Below, one piece after another: positions 13,650-27,536 of a DNA stretch of 64,000 bases (position 1 is the stretch's first letter; each line of letters begins with the position of its first letter). The notes beneath the pieces were generated by a model. That model was not told the origin of the DNA. It saw only the letters and a program-made list of their open reading frames with translations, and did not search any database. The position numbers and the translations under genes are program-made. Source of the DNA: Malacoraja senta (lineage: Eukaryota). The stretch is taken from the NCBI GenBank assembly GCA_038087875.1, contig JAXLNO010000146.1, forward strand, positions 496,001-560,000, given 5' to 3'.

Positions 13650-14660
13650 AAGTGCCTTGGAGAGGTAAAGCGTGAGTATTTGGCTCAAGAGCCTTCGGCG
13701 AGGAGGCTGAGGGGAGGAGGCTACATTTATTTAGTTGTGTGTTTAATTTAATTTGAATATTTAAACGTATTGGCGTCATGGCAGGAATATTACTGCAGTG
13801 CGTTTGCTGCAGGATGTGGGAAGCCAGGGTGTCATTAATTACTATACCTGTGGAATTGTGTCCAGATGCTGCTCCTCAAGGACCGAGTTAGAGAAATGGA
13901 GCGGCAGGTGGATGACCTGCCGTCCATCCGGGAAGACGAACGCTTCCTCGACATGACCGGCGAGACAACGTCAGGCAGAGCCAAAGTGGTGGGTGACTCC
14001 ATTGTCAGAGGTGCGGACAGGAGATTCTGTGGCGACAAGCGAGACTCGAGGAAGGTGAGTTCCCTCCATGGTGGCAGGGTTCAAGATGGCTCAGACCGAA
14101 TTAAGAACATCCTCCTGAGGGAAGATGAGCAGCTGGAAGTAGTTGTGCATGCAGGCACAGATGACGTGGGTAAGAAGAGGAAGGGGGTTCTGCAACGTGA
14201 ATATAGAGAAATAGGTAGAAGGCTGAAAAGCCGGACTTCCAGGGTGATTATCTCTGGGTTGCTTTCCAGTAGTTAGTGCTAATGAGGGTAGGAACAGGGA
14301 GATAGGGGATCTGAATGTGAGGCTGAGGAGTTGTAGCAGGGAACAGGGATTTCGTTTTCTAGACCACTGGGATCTCTCTGGGGAAGGCGTGACCTGCACA
14401 AAAGGGACGTGTTTCACCTTAATTGGAGGGGGACCGACACGCTTATTGGAATCGTATACAGACCACCAAACAGCAGTAGGGAGGTTGGGGATACCATCAA
14501 GTAGAGAATTAGGGATGCGTGTAGCAAAGGTACAGCAGTTATCATGGGTGACATTAATTTACATAAAGATTGGGGCAACCAAATTGATAGCAGCGCTGAG
14601 GAGGAGGATTTCCTGGAATGTATACGGCATGGTTTCTTAAAGCAATATCTAGAAGAAGCT
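13650..14660 (+). mobile_element. CR1 5' region (ORF1 zinc-finger/SGNH esterase, deleted endonuclease)
   Basis: VVGDSIVRG, VVVHAGTDD, VIISGLL; homologous to 35200-36900. Confidence 0.85.
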
Positions 14661-15756
14661 CTCTACTCGACGAACACCTTTATAAAATATACACAAAAAG
14701 CTGCGGCAACTCAGCGGGACAGAGAAGTGGCCACTCCCAACTAATCTCACACGAGGGAGGAGTCAGTTAGACAATAAACCGGCCTGAATATAGACGAAAG
14801 CGGAGAGATTGCCCTGGGATTGTCGAAGGCTGGAGAGAAAGGGACATGGATCAGCGCTAAGAAGGTGTAACTGAGGAGGCGTTGCACCTGTTGGGCAGTG
14901 GAACCCGCCGCCCGCATCTCCGTTCACAGCCCGAGATCAGGATGGAAGTAAACATATTTTAATCCACATCAGTACACTATGATGATGTTGCCTGGGCCTG
15001 AGGGCCTCACTATAGGGAGAGGTTGGACAGACTAGGACCTTATTCCTTGGAACGTAGTACGATGAGGGGTGATCTTATAGAGGTGTGTCCGATCATGACA
15101 GGATTAACCCCGGCTTAAACTCAAGGGCCGCAATCCAATAGGAACAGGTGAACTCGAGGCATTAACTGGAGGTTGGGGTGCGGTGGCGAGGCACCGATTT
15201 AGTTATGGAACGAGAAATCCAGTGGCATAATCCAGGGACACAATTTTAAGTATTTTCCCGCACCTTAAATACAGTTAATCACCTCAAATGCTTGAAAAAA
15301 ATAAACTGTCTGAAATACGATGACCGCAACACTCTTGTTTGGTTTAAGATCCAACTCGTTCAAAGTGGTTGAAGATCAAATGTCCTTGGAAATGGCCGAG
15401 CGATCTACTCAGAGGGCAATTGGTGAGGTGCAATAAATGCTGGTCTTGCAGCGACATCTACACCCTGAGAAATTGATCACCTACTTACATTGATTCCTTA
15501 ATAATCAGGTTAAGTTTTGTTTATTAAGAACAGTATTGTATTAACTCGCGAAGTCGATGAAAAACAGTGCAGATAATAGCACAATGTATTACCCAAGTGA
15601 GACAACCAGGTAGCTCTTGTGGTCTCTCCTGTTCGTTTCTCTCGTCATGCCGGATTGGTACTCAGTCACCGCCACTGCTCCCACGTCGATGCCGGTCTCC
15701 AGCATCGGAATCTGTTCATTCTCTCTGCCCCAGATTCACCATCCCCACGGGCAATG

Positions 15757-15956
15757 NNNNNNNNNNNNNNNNNNNNNNNNNNNNNNNNNNNNNNNNNNNN
15801 NNNNNNNNNNNNNNNNNNNNNNNNNNNNNNNNNNNNNNNNNNNNNNNNNNNNNNNNNNNNNNNNNNNNNNNNNNNNNNNNNNNNNNNNNNNNNNNNNNNN
15901 NNNNNNNNNNNNNNNNNNNNNNNNNNNNNNNNNNNNNNNNNNNNNNNNNNNNNNNN
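15757..15956. other. Assembly gap (200 N)
   Basis: Run of N with a round-number length. Confidence 1.
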
Positions 15957-18900
15957 TTACTTGGAGCGCAGGAGGCAGCGGGGTAATCTGATAGAGGTGT
16001 ATACGATCACGAGGGGAATAGATGGGGTGAATTCACAGAGTCTTTTTACCCAGAACTTTTGGGGGAATCAAGAACCACAGGAATTATGTTTAAGTTGAGA
16101 GGGAAAAGATTTAACAGAAATCCGAGGGGTAACTTTTCACATCGAAGGTGGTGGCTGTATTAAACAAACTACGAGAGGAGGTAGACGAGGTCAGATATAA
16201 CTGCATTGAAACGCCGTTTGGACAGGTTCGTGGATAGGAAAGGATAGAGGGACATGGGCCAAACGCGGGCTGGTGAGATTTGTGCTGATGGGGCATCTTG
16301 GTGGGCATGGGCAAGTTGGGCCGAAAGGCCTGTTTCCGTGCAGTGTGACTCTATGACTCTGTGAGGAAGGGACAGGGCCGGCGCTGACGAGGCTTCGGGT
16401 GTAACTGACTTGCAGTGGATCCCGCCGCCCGCACCTCCGTTCACAGCCCGGGATCAGGATGGATCCAGACCTCCCTCCGGCTTCATTCTAATCCCCGTCA
16501 CTGCACCTGCCTCTCATACCCCAGTCTTCAGCTCACACCTTCCCTCGCCGACAATGGGTCTACCTTTTGCCTCTTCTCCCCTCTCCCATCAGAAAAATGA
16601 TGTAGACGTGTGAAAACCCGCTTCCCCAGATTCAGAGGTAGATAAATATGCTGGAGAAACTCAGCGGGTGAGGCAGCATCAATGGAGCGAAGGAATAGGT
16701 GACATTTCGGGTCGAGATCCTTCTTCAGACTGTTTATTCCCAGCAGTTATCAGGCAACTGAATCATCCTATACAACTAGACAGCAGAGCTGAACTACTAT
16801 CTTCCTCATTGGTGACCCTCGGTCGATCCTTGATCGGATTTTACTGGCTTTGCCTTGCAATAAACGTTAGCCACGGTTCATGCATCTTTCCACTGTAAAT
16901 GGCAGGATTGTAATCGTGTATTGTCTTTCCGCTGACTGGATAGCACACAACCAATAGTTTTGCACTGCACCTCGGTACACGTGACAATAAATTAGACTAA
17001 ACTAAAGTTGCGGCCAGCTCTGATTGATCTTGGAATTTCCTCGCCTCCAGCTCTTCACCCCACCCCACTCATCCCACTAGTCTGAAGAAGGGTCCCGACC
17101 CTAAACGTAACCCACCCGTTTCCTCCAGAGATGCTGCCTGACCCGCTGGGTTACTCCAGCATTTGTGCCAATGTTTGGTATCAACTCGCATTTCCAGTTC
17201 TTTGTTTCGACACCAAGTCTCAGAGCTTCTTATGTCAGGGCAGAGGGCGGCATTCAAAGTCCGACCTCGAGGATTATGGAGAAGGAGGGAAGCAACAGGG
17301 GCAGATGATCAGGGTTGTAAAAATGACAAGGTATTGGACCTTTCAAATGAAATGCACTTGCAGTATCATGAACTCCATTCAATTTAATAGACGAATTCAA
17401 TGGAGATATTCTATGTCATTTCTCTGAATTTGGATAATTTGCACAATATGCAACATGCACAGAAATCTCGTCGAAAATGGTTTTCATCTGAATTAAGTGC
17501 CTTGGTGCTTCTAATACTGTAAGTTGAAAATAATACCCAAAGTGATAGGACTGTACAGCTTGCTTTTAAACTCCGATTTTGAATATTCCTGTATGCAATT
17601 AGCAATCACAACATTTCCTATATTGCAAAATAGTGGTTGCATCTCAAAATTATTTTTGTCAGTACCGCACTTTGGAGTCCCCTATGAGAGATGTGAGGAT
17701 ATTATGTGAATGCAAGAAGGTTCTTAGTTGCACAAACTCGAGCTTGGAAGAAACATTCCATTTCCGATGCTGAAACTGAAGTTGTGAGTAGACAAAGTAG
17801 CCGAAGGTGTCCGTGGGCTTGGAATGGAAACTGGTCGCTCGCCCTTGCCCAGAAATGGAGACAGAATCGCCGCGACATGGAAGGATACAGTGGGAACCCA
17901 AGCAGAGGAAAGTGGGGACTATTTGTGGGGGATATGAAACATTAACGTGGTGAACGAGAGCAGGAAGCAGCACTGATACAGACATAGAGTCATAGAGTCA
18001 CACAGCATGGAAACAGAACATTCAGCACAATTTGGGGAGTCCAGAACTAGGGATCACAGTTTAATAATAAGGGGTAGGTCATTTAGGACAGATGAGAAAA
18101 AATCATCACCTGCACAGCTGTGAATCTGTGGAATCCTCTGCCACTGTGTGAAAGATACGTCTTCTAGATGCGCTGGGATGCATCCTCAGTAATGTGACCT
18201 GGGGTCATCGGGTGTTTCGGGTCCCACATCATCAGACACCCTCGCCGCAAAAGACAGTGGAGGCCAATTCAATTGATGTTTTCCAGAGACAGTTAGATTT
18301 AGCTCTTAGTGCTAACTGAATCATGGGATATGGGGGAAAAACAGGAACGCGGCACTGATTTTAGATGATCAGCCATGATCATATTGAATGGCGGTGCTGG
18401 CTCAAAAGGCCGAAGGGCATACCCCTTCGCCTATTTTCTGTTTCTAATTGCTCCATGCCGATCGAGATGCCCCATCTAAACTTGTCCCATGTGCCGCGTT
18501 TGCCCCCCCCCCACCTGTCCAAATGTATTTTTAAATACTCTTACATGCCTCAAATACCCGCCACGATGTAACTCAGAAAGCGGCGAGGGAGGGGTGTGGC
18601 TTCGACAGAAACATCGAAGGTTACCCGCATTCTACAGAGCGGCAGACAGAGCCCACTCGGAACACCACAATATGTCGGCGGGCTTTAGGACCCGGGGTGC
18701 CCGGAGCTGTGGACCCGCCGCCGCGGCTGCTGCTGAACCCGCGGTCAACGGGGTTTCGGGCGCGAAACGGCGGCGGAACAATCAATGAAAGGGGCGGGGC
18801 ACGGCTGAGGGGAGGCGGAGTTCAGTCCCGTCAATCACAGCCCTGACCAGAAAGCGGATGTCATTTGAAATAAGCTTCGGGTAATTTTCATTCCCTGTTA

Positions 18901-19214
18901 TTAAATACATCAGTGTTTCCTATCGTGAATTCTTCATTATGTTAGTCTGCACAATAACATCACTTCAATACCAGACACTGTAATGAAGAAGGGTCTCGAC
19001 CCGAAACGTCACCCATTCCTTCTCTCCATAGATGCTGCCTGTCCCGCTGAGTTATTCCAGCATTTTGTGTCTATCGTCGATTTAAACCAGCATCTGCAGT
19101 TCCTTCCTATACGCTCTAATTTCATTTAATAACCTCATGTGTAAACTTGAATTCATGTACCTTTCTAAATGGTTCCTAAACGTTGCGACAGTACCTGACT
19201 CAGGATCAGGATCA

Positions 19215-20697
19215 GAATAGATTCAGGATCAGTTCCTGTAGAATGGAGGATAGCTAATGTTATCCCACTTTTCAAGAAAGGAGCGAGAGAGAAAACGGGG
19301 AATTACAGACCAGTTAGCCTGAAAGATGGTGGAGTCAATTATTAAAAAGGTAATAATGGGGCATTTGGAAAGCAGTAAAAGGATTAGTTCAAGTCAACAT
19401 GGATTTATGAAAGGGAAATCATGCTTGACTAATCTACTGGAATTTTTTGATGATGTGACAAGTAAAATGGATGAAGGGGTGCTAGTGGATGTAGTGTATC
19501 TAGACTTTCAGAAAGCCTTTGATAAGGTCCCGCACGGGAGACTGGTGACTAAAATTAGAGCACATGGTATTGGGGGTAGGGTGTTGACATGGATAGAAAA
19601 TTGGTTGGCAGACCGGAAGCAAAGTGTAGGAGTGAACGGGTCCTTTTCAGAATGGCAGGCAGTGGCGAGTGGTGTGCCGCAAGGCTCGGTGATGGGGCCG
19701 CAACTGTTTGCCATATATATTAATGATTTAGAAGAGTGAATTATGAGCAACACTAGTAAGTTTGCGGATGACACAAAGCTGGGTGGCAGTGTGAACTGTG
19801 AAGAGGATGTTAGGAGGTTGCAGGGTGACCTGGACAGGTTGAGTGAGTGGGCAGATGCGTGGCAGTATAATATAGATAAATGTGAGGTTATCCACTTTGG
19901 CGGCAAAAACAAGGGGGCAGATTATTATCTCAATGGGGTTAGGTTAGGTAAGGGGAAGGTGCAGCGAGACCTGGGCGTCCTTGTACACCGGTCACTGAAA
20001 GTTGGCGTACAGGTACGGCAGGCAGTGAAGAAAGCTAATAACAATAATTGGCCTTCATAACAAGAGGATTTTAGTATAGCAGTAAAGAGGTTCTTCTGCA
20101 GTTGTATAGGGCTCTGGTGAGACCACATCCGGAGTATTGTGTCCAGTTTTGGTCTCCTAATTTGAGGAAGGACATCCTTGTGATTGAGGCAGTGCAGCGT
20201 AGGTTCACGAGATTGATCCCTGGGATGGCTGGACTGTCATATGAGGAAAGATTGAAAAGACTAGGTTTGTATTCACTGGAGTTTAGAACGATGAGGAGGG
20301 ATCTTATAGAAACATATAAAATTATAAAAGGACTGGACAAGCTAGATGCAGGAAAAATGTTTCCAATGTTGGGCGAGTCCAGAACCAGGGGCCACAGTCT
20401 TAGAATAAGGGGGAGGTCATTTAGGACTGAGATGAGAAAAAACGTTTTTACTCAGAGAGTTGTGAATTTATGGAATTCCCTGCTACAGAGGGCAGTGGAG
20501 GCCAAGTCACCGGGTGGATTTAAGAGAGAGTTAGATAGAGCTTTAGGGGCTAGTGGAGTCAAGGGATATGGGGAGAAGGCAGGCACGGGTTATTGATAGG
20601 GGACGATCAGCCATGATCACAATGAATGGCGGTGCTGACTCGAATGGCCGAATGGCCTCCTGCTGCATCTATTTTCTATGTTTCTATGTTTCTATGA
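19215..20697 (+). mobile_element. 5'-truncated CR1 LINE (RT domain and 3' tail)
   Basis: [39 protein letters not shown]; (ttctatgt)n tail. Confidence 0.95.
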
Positions 20698-21881
20698 CTC
20701 GATTACCTCCTCCAGCTGCTCAATCCGTGCACCCACCACCAATTGTGTGAACAGTTACCCGTCAGGTAAATTAAATCTTCCCACCCTCACCTGGAACCTA
20801 TGCCTCTTGTCTTTCATTTCCCTACTCTTGGCAAGAGACTCTGTGCGTCTACCCGATCTATTCCTCTCATGATTTTTACATCTCTTCTAAGATCACCCCT
20901 CTAAGATCATGGAAAAGCAGCCAACATAATCAAATACTTATCCCACCCCAGTCAGTCATTCCTTCTTCTCACGGTTCTTGTGGGCCGAAGAGCCTGTTCT
21001 AGAGCCTGTTCTATTTCGGCATGGCCATCAACAACACAGAGAGACCCACTGTATCTCCCACTCCCAACATTCAGCTTTATTCTTCTGCCTTCAAGTAATT
21101 TCCATTTCATTCCTCCCTCCTATTTACACCTCCCTAGTCAGATCTCTACCGCCCTCTTCCGAACGACATCAACACCAATTCATTCACTCTGATATAGCGA
21201 ACCTGTAGCTCTTGGAATTCCTTCTTCAGACCAAAGAAGTGACCCGACCCCGAAGCGTGGTCTGTCCATTTCCCTCCACAGATGCTGCCTGGCCCGCTGA
21301 GTCCCTCCAGCACTTTGTTTTTTTTTCCCCTCAACTATTTCAACTGATTTCTTGTATCTACCATTTCCAATATTCCCTTTGATTTCTCTCACATCAGGGA
21401 ATTTCCGATTTCATTCCGCCCTTCTATGTCCACCTGCCCCCAAACTCGCCTTTACGCCGCTGTTGAAGTCCGCACCAACACCGCTTGTGCCGCGTTGAGA
21501 CTCGGGGGGGGGAGTTTAGGCCCCGGGGGAGCCCGGAGCTCAGGACCCGCCGCCCGCGGCTGCAGCTGAACCCGCGGGAAGGGTGATTGTTTCAATCTTT
21601 ATATTTTCACAAAAGTAATTTCTGTTCCGTTGACGGACGTGGTTAACGCGTTAAAATGAACGGATCAACAGACAGCTCTGATTTCAGTTGCTGTTTATTT
21701 CACACTTCCCATATTTACATTCCCCCTGGTTTTATTTCCGCGCTCACTCACTGGGGTTTCACGACGTGGAATTTGGGGATTAAATGGGAGCCGTTCAGCG
21801 CCGACCTGTTGTCCACCGGGTTTCTGCCCACAGCCCCTGGTTGAGTCGTGCTCCTGACGCCGGTCCCGGGACCCGACCCTT

Positions 21882-22346
21882 TTACACACCCGGAGCGGAA
21901 CCGGAGCAGATTCTCAGCCAGCTTCCACCATAATACTCGAAGTAAGGATATAGTTTATCCGTGAATTTAATCCAATTGAAGGTGTGGAGATGGGACTTAG
22001 TGTCCGCGTCGTAAAATGAAACTGTCCCGGACTCGTAACTGAGATAAACTCCCACCCTCCCGGGGATGGGACGGGCTTGGAGAGGGGATGGAGGGGAGGT
22101 GAGTGCATCAAACACGTTATCCCGCCGCCCGATGATCCAGACTCCAGCCTCCGGGGTCAGTGTGACCCGTCTCTTCGTCTCCACAGACTCTGCGGCGACT
22201 CACAGACTCCAAACCTGACTCCCCGCCACATCCACCTCCCAGTAATGTCTCCCCGATGTGAATCCCTCCGATCCCAGTACACACACACACTGCAAGTATG
22301 TAAACCTCTTCCCGATGTCAGGGAGACTCCTCCAGGTCCCGGTCCC
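21882..22346 (-). pseudogene. B30.2 (PRY-SPRY) terminal exon fragment of a TRIM-like gene
   Basis: [54 protein letters not shown]. In-frame TGA at 22200-22202. 5' part cut off at the LTR. AATAAA downstream on the minus strand near 21700 and 21735. Confidence 0.92.
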
Positions 22347-22396
22347 TGTAGATGATGTGCATGTACCTTTAACATAGTGACCTCACCACTACTAAC

Positions 22397-22599
22397 TGTA
22401 GATGATATGTGCATGTACCTTTAACATAGTGACCTCACAACTACTAACCACTCCCCACATCACCAGTATAATTACAACCTTCCCACCCAGTTCTCTCTCT
22501 CTGGTTCCAGTGACAGACCACGGACAGCTAGGGCAGAAACGTATGTGTAGAATGAATAAACAGCAGTAAAGAAACAGTGCGTTATGACTCAACTTTACA
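22397..22599 (+). repeat. 5' LTR (203 bp, TG..CA), preceded by a 50-bp partial LTR copy at 22347-22396
   Basis: Direct repeat of 26841-27043, about 15 mismatches by manual count. Confidence 0.95.
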
Positions 22600-25500
22600 T
22601 GGTGTCAGCCTGGTACCTATGCGCCTCCTGTATGTCGGGTTTTCTTTCTTTTGAACCGTTTTCCTATTTTGTTTTTTTATCTCCCGTGCCATGGACACTT
22701 CTTGCCGTAAGCCCGATGTGCTCGTTTTCGACTCGATCATTGTCCATCGGTGGGGTGTCTTTAGACGTGACTTTCAACACTATGTTACGATCGCCCACCC
22801 TGCTTCCAACGCTGCTACTCAGGCTTCCCTGCTTCTCAACCTGGCTGGTCCTGATGCCCTGGAACGGGCTGAGTCGTTTGTCTATGCTGTTGGTGAAGAT
22901 GCTCGGGACCCGGTATGTCTTATGGCTAAGTTCACCGAGATGTGCGACATCCCCACTAACTGCATCCTAGAGCGTTTTAAAATGTTCACCCGGCGTCAGC
23001 TCCAGGAGAGTCAATCGGTAGCTACATCGCTGCGCTGCATCACCTGGCCAGGCTTTGCAGCCTGGACACGCTGACCCCCGATAAACTGACCCGGGACATT
23101 TTAGTGTATGGTCTTCAAGATGAAAAACTGAGGGCTGAACTTCTGCGGAAGCACGACCTGTCTTTTGCCGATGCTCTGCACGCCTCCCGCATGGCTGAGG
23201 CTGCCGCCTCGGCGGTGTCGTCTGCTGATCATGACATTAACTTTGCCAGTGTTGCTGGTCGCCGGCGAAACGCTGGCCCGCAACGACAACGGGGGTCCCC
23301 CGCGTCAGGGGGTATCAGCCCACAGCGGTGCCCCAACTGCAACTTTACCTCCCACCAGTCTAATGTGTGCCCTGCACTGGGGAAAACGTGTAACCTTTGC
23401 AGGAGATTGAACCATTTCTCTGCAGCCTGTCGCTCCCGTGGGAAGCCAATTCCTGCTCCTCGCCGAATGTTAAACAACCTTGCTCGAGCTGATAGCGCAC
23501 TTGATTCACAGTGTGACGAACTCCCTTTGTCTGATTCGAGTTCCTCCCAAGGGGAGACCAGCGTATTTTAGGTGTTGAATGCACCTACTCTGATAACAAA
23601 CCCCTCGGCTCACGTTACTGTCAACGGCTCGACCTTCACTGCCAAGCTCGACACGGGGGCAGCGACCAATCTTATGTCAATAGGCCTCTTCAAGAAGATA
23701 AGGTCTGATGAGAAAATCACTCCCGATCACTCCCTTTTGTATGCCTATGGGGGAGCCGAGCTCGTTCCAGTGGGGAGGGCTACCCTGCACTGCATGGTAC
23801 TGCATGCCGCTCAGCCCCTCACTTTTTATTTACTGGATACCAACTACATCACCCTTTTGGGTGCCCAAGCGTGCCAGGACCTCGGCTTGGTCTCTTTCCA
23901 CCGCGATATCCACCAGGTGCGGACCCTTATGGACCCCCTGCACGAATACCCTGACCGTTTTGATGACAAGCTGGGCAAGCTGCCCTGCTGCTACAAGATC
24001 GTTGTCGACCCCGGTGTTGAATCTATGGTCCGTCCACCACACCGCGTCTCCTTCGCCATGAAGGACAAGGCGGAGTCAATGCTGCTCGACATGGTTACCA
24101 TGGGCATCCTGAAGGAGGTGAGCGAACCCACCCGGTGGGTCTCAACCATGGTTGTTGCGGCGAAAAAGGACAAGAGTGAAATTCGCATTTGCATCAACCC
24201 CAAAGACCTGAACCTTGCCATCAGACACCCTCACTACACCATGCGAACAGTGGAGGACGTCGCTGCGCAAGTTGGCCCGGCCACTGTCTTCTCGGTTCTC
24301 GTTGCCAAGAGCTCCTTCTGGCAGATACCGCTGGACGAGCGGTCCTCCTACTTGACTACCTTCGGCACACCTTTCGGCAGGTACCGATTCCTCCGCATGC
24401 CATTCGGGATCAACTCTGCCAGCGAGGTCTTCCAGCGGACGATGGAGCAGCTGTGCATCGGTCTGCCGTGTGCCATCATCGTTGACGACATCCTGGTCTA
24501 CGGTAAAGACGTTGCTGAGCACGATCTCCACCTCCGCCGAGTCCTGAACCGGGCCCGCGAAATCAACCTCAAACTAAACCCAAAGAAGCGCCGGTTCCGC
24601 GTCCCGGAGGTCACCTATGTGGGACACGTTTTTACCGCATCGGGGCTAAAGCCCGACCCGCAGAAGAGAGCTGCAGTCTCCGATATGTCTTCGCCCACCG
24701 ACGTGGCCAGCCTACAACGTTTCCTGGGCATGGTTAATTACTTGGGGAAGTTTATCCCCGACCTCAGCGAGCTGAGCGCGCCCCTGAGGGAGTTGATCAA
24801 GAAAGACACTGCCTGGGCTTGATTCCCGCATCACCAGACAGCTTTTGACGTCCTGAAGTCCAGGCTGGCCAGTGCCCCCACTCTCCAATTCTTCGATCTG
24901 CACCGCCCCATTGTTCTTACCTGCGACGCCTCCAAGTCCGGTCTTGGTGCTGCCTGTCTGCAGCTCCGCGATGGCTTGCAGCTGCCTGTTTCCTACGCGT
25001 CCCGCACCATGACCCCTGCCGAGCAGCGCTATGCTCAGATAGAGAAGGAGCTGCTTGCTGTGGTGTTTGCCTGCTCCAAGTTCAAGGACTATATCCTGGC
25101 AACAGTTTCACGATCGAAACCGACCATCAGCCGCTGGTCTCTATCCTCAACAAGCCCATCCACGTTGCCGCGTCCCGGTTGCAGCGCATGATGCTACAAC
25201 TCCAACGCTTTACGTTTAGAATTGTGTATCGCAAGGGCAAGGACATGTTCGTGGCCGACACGCTGTCCCGCGCGCCACTAACATTCACTGATCGCCATCC
25301 ATATGAATCATCCGACCTGATGGTGCTTAAAGTCAACGTCGTGCCTTCCCAGCAAATGCAGTCCCTGATCAGCAACACTGCCAAGGACCCTGCCCTGCAG
25401 CAGCTTGCCAACGTCATCAGGCAGGGCTGGCCAGATCGTCGTTCATCCTTGCCGCCTGGGGGTCGTGCCCTACTTCCTGGTCCGTGACGAGCTCGTGCTG

Positions 25501-26840
25501 CACGACGGCGTGGTCGTGAAGGGACACAAGGTGGTTGTGCCTGCTGCCCTGCGGGACCAATATTTTCATACCGCCCACGGCGGTCAACCTGGGGCCGATG
25601 CCACCCTGTCTCAGGCCCAGTGTTTGTTCTACTGGCCCGGCATGGCCCAAGACATCCGGGAGAGGGTCACCGCTTGCTCGGTCTGCAATAGCCTCGCTCC
25701 CCATCAGCAACGGCAGCCGCTTCTGCAACAGCCTGCCCCCGAGCTGCCCTGGATGGCCGTCGCAGCCGACATTTTTGAGTGGCATGGAAAGCATTTCCTG
25801 GTTCTTGTGGACTCGTACTCCAGCTGGTTCGAGGTGGACCAGCTGCACTCCCTCACCTCTTAGGCCGTTATCGGGAAGCTGCGCCGCCACTTCGGAACCC
25901 ATGGCACCCCGGCAAGTCTTCAATCGGACAACGGCGGCCAGTTCTCGAGCGCAGAATTTCGGCGTTTCGCTGCCAGTTGGAACTTCCGACAATACTCCAG
26001 CAGCCCAGAGTACCCACAAAGCAACGGGTTGGCAGAGCGCGCTGTCCGCAGTGCTAAGGACTTGCTGGAACATTGTAGACTGTCCCATTCTGATTTTTGC
26101 TTGGCTTTCCTCAATCTTCGAAACATTTGCCGCGACACTGCCTTATGCTCTCCAGCTCAACGGCTGATGTCTCGCACTACGAGACCTCCGATCCCGGTGA
26201 CCCAGCGGTCCCTCGTTCCCTCTGTCCTCCATCCCGCTGCTGTCCAGGAGCGCATTGCCCTCAAACAAGAAATCCAACGGCGCTCCCACGACAGGCCTTG
26301 CCGTCCTCTCCCGCCTCTGCTCTCAGGCCAAGTCGTCCGAATGCAGTCCCCCTCCGGTCACCCCAGGCTTGCCATCGTCGTCGGTACTGCTGGTTCGCCG
26401 CGGTCCTATCTTGTCGACCATGACGGTACCATTTACCGCCGGTCCCGGCAACATCTGCGGCTTGTTACGAGCCACCACCGCTGCATGCGGATCCCTTCCC
26501 CCCCCCCACTGTCGGAAACGCTGCCTGCCCCTCCGGCCAGTCCTCCCTCGCCTGCCCGTCTTCCCGCTACTGCTCCTGCTTCCCCTGCTCCTTCTCCGTT
26601 TTCTCGTTCTCCTCCTGATTCCCCGGTTCTCTCCCCCGCGCCGGCTCCTACTCATGCTCCGCCTGCAGAAGGGTGGGGGGGGGGGGGGTGGGTGGCGAAC
26701 TGCGTTCCCGGTCCGGGCGGGTGGTCAGGCCGCCTATCCGTTATGGTGATTTTGTTTGACTGTTTGCTCACCTGCTCGTGGCGTATGAGACGTGGTCGCA
26801 CTGTCACTTCGGTATTGTTTATTTTTTCCAAGGGGAAGGA

Positions 26841-27043
26841 TGTAGATGAAATGTGCAAGTACCTTTAATATAGTGACCTCACCACTACTAACCACTCCCC
26901 ACATCACTGGTATAATTACAACCTTCCCACCCAGTTCTCTCTCTCTGGTTCCAGGGACAGACCACGGACAGCTAGGGCAGCAAAGTATGTGTATTATGAA
27001 TAAACAGTAGTAAAGATACAGTGCGTTATGACCCAGCTTTACA
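26841..27043 (+). repeat. 3' LTR (203 bp, TG..CA)
   Basis: Directly follows the polypurine tract. Confidence 0.95.
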
Positions 27044-27149
27044 GTAAGCAGCCTGTTCCGGGGGAGGGGGGGGGACGTTATGCGAGAATTTTGCCCGAAC
27101 AGTCTGTGATCCAATAGCGCGGTAGCCATAACGCTATGTTTAAAGCCCA

Positions 27150-27372
27150 TTTTTTTGTCGCAAAAAATAATTTATTTAATTTCAACACGAGACAAAAACC
27201 AAAAAAACAAACCGTGGTGACATACTCACCATCATGTTACAAAATCATCAAACAACTATTTAACAAATATTCTATTAACTATTACACAACCCCGGTAAAG
27301 GGGCAAGCATCTGGCTCGGGCGAAACCCCATCCCGCCTGGCGCCGTGACTCGCGGATGGCCAGCTTGGCCAT
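27150..27372 (-). mobile_element. Short 3' fragment of a Tx1/L1-like LINE
   Basis: Minus strand reads AKLAIRESRRQA..CLPLYRG, then aataaa and an A-rich tail. Confidence 0.6.
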
Positions 27373-27536
27373 GGTTAAACCCCATAGCCCTGTGGTTAAA
27401 GCGCTTCGTTTAAAACCCCACGCCTTCTGGCAGCGCTCTGTTTAAACCTTTCGCGTCAAGTCTGCAGCGCTGTGTGCATTGCTTTACGCGCCAAGTCTGC
27501 AGCTGATAGCACTTTGTTTCCGGTGGGGGGGGGGGG

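Larger units (their letters stand above)
22347..27043 (+). mobile_element. Near full-length, decayed Gypsy/Ty3 LTR retrotransposon
   Basis: gag with two Cys/His knuckles, protease LDTGA, RT IVDDIL, RNase H CDAS..EKELLA, integrase zinc finger plus SDNG..NGLAER, in Gypsy order. PBS TGGTGTCAG at 22600 and PPT aaggggaagga at 26830-26840. Several stops and frameshifts. Confidence 0.97.

Noticed and set aside
15567..16098. ORFs spanning the N run
   Set aside because: Artefacts of the assembly gap; order and distance across the gap are uncertain.
23569..23571. In-frame TAG between gag and pol as programmed readthrough
   Set aside because: The element has several other stops and frameshifts, so decay is simpler; a family consensus would be needed.
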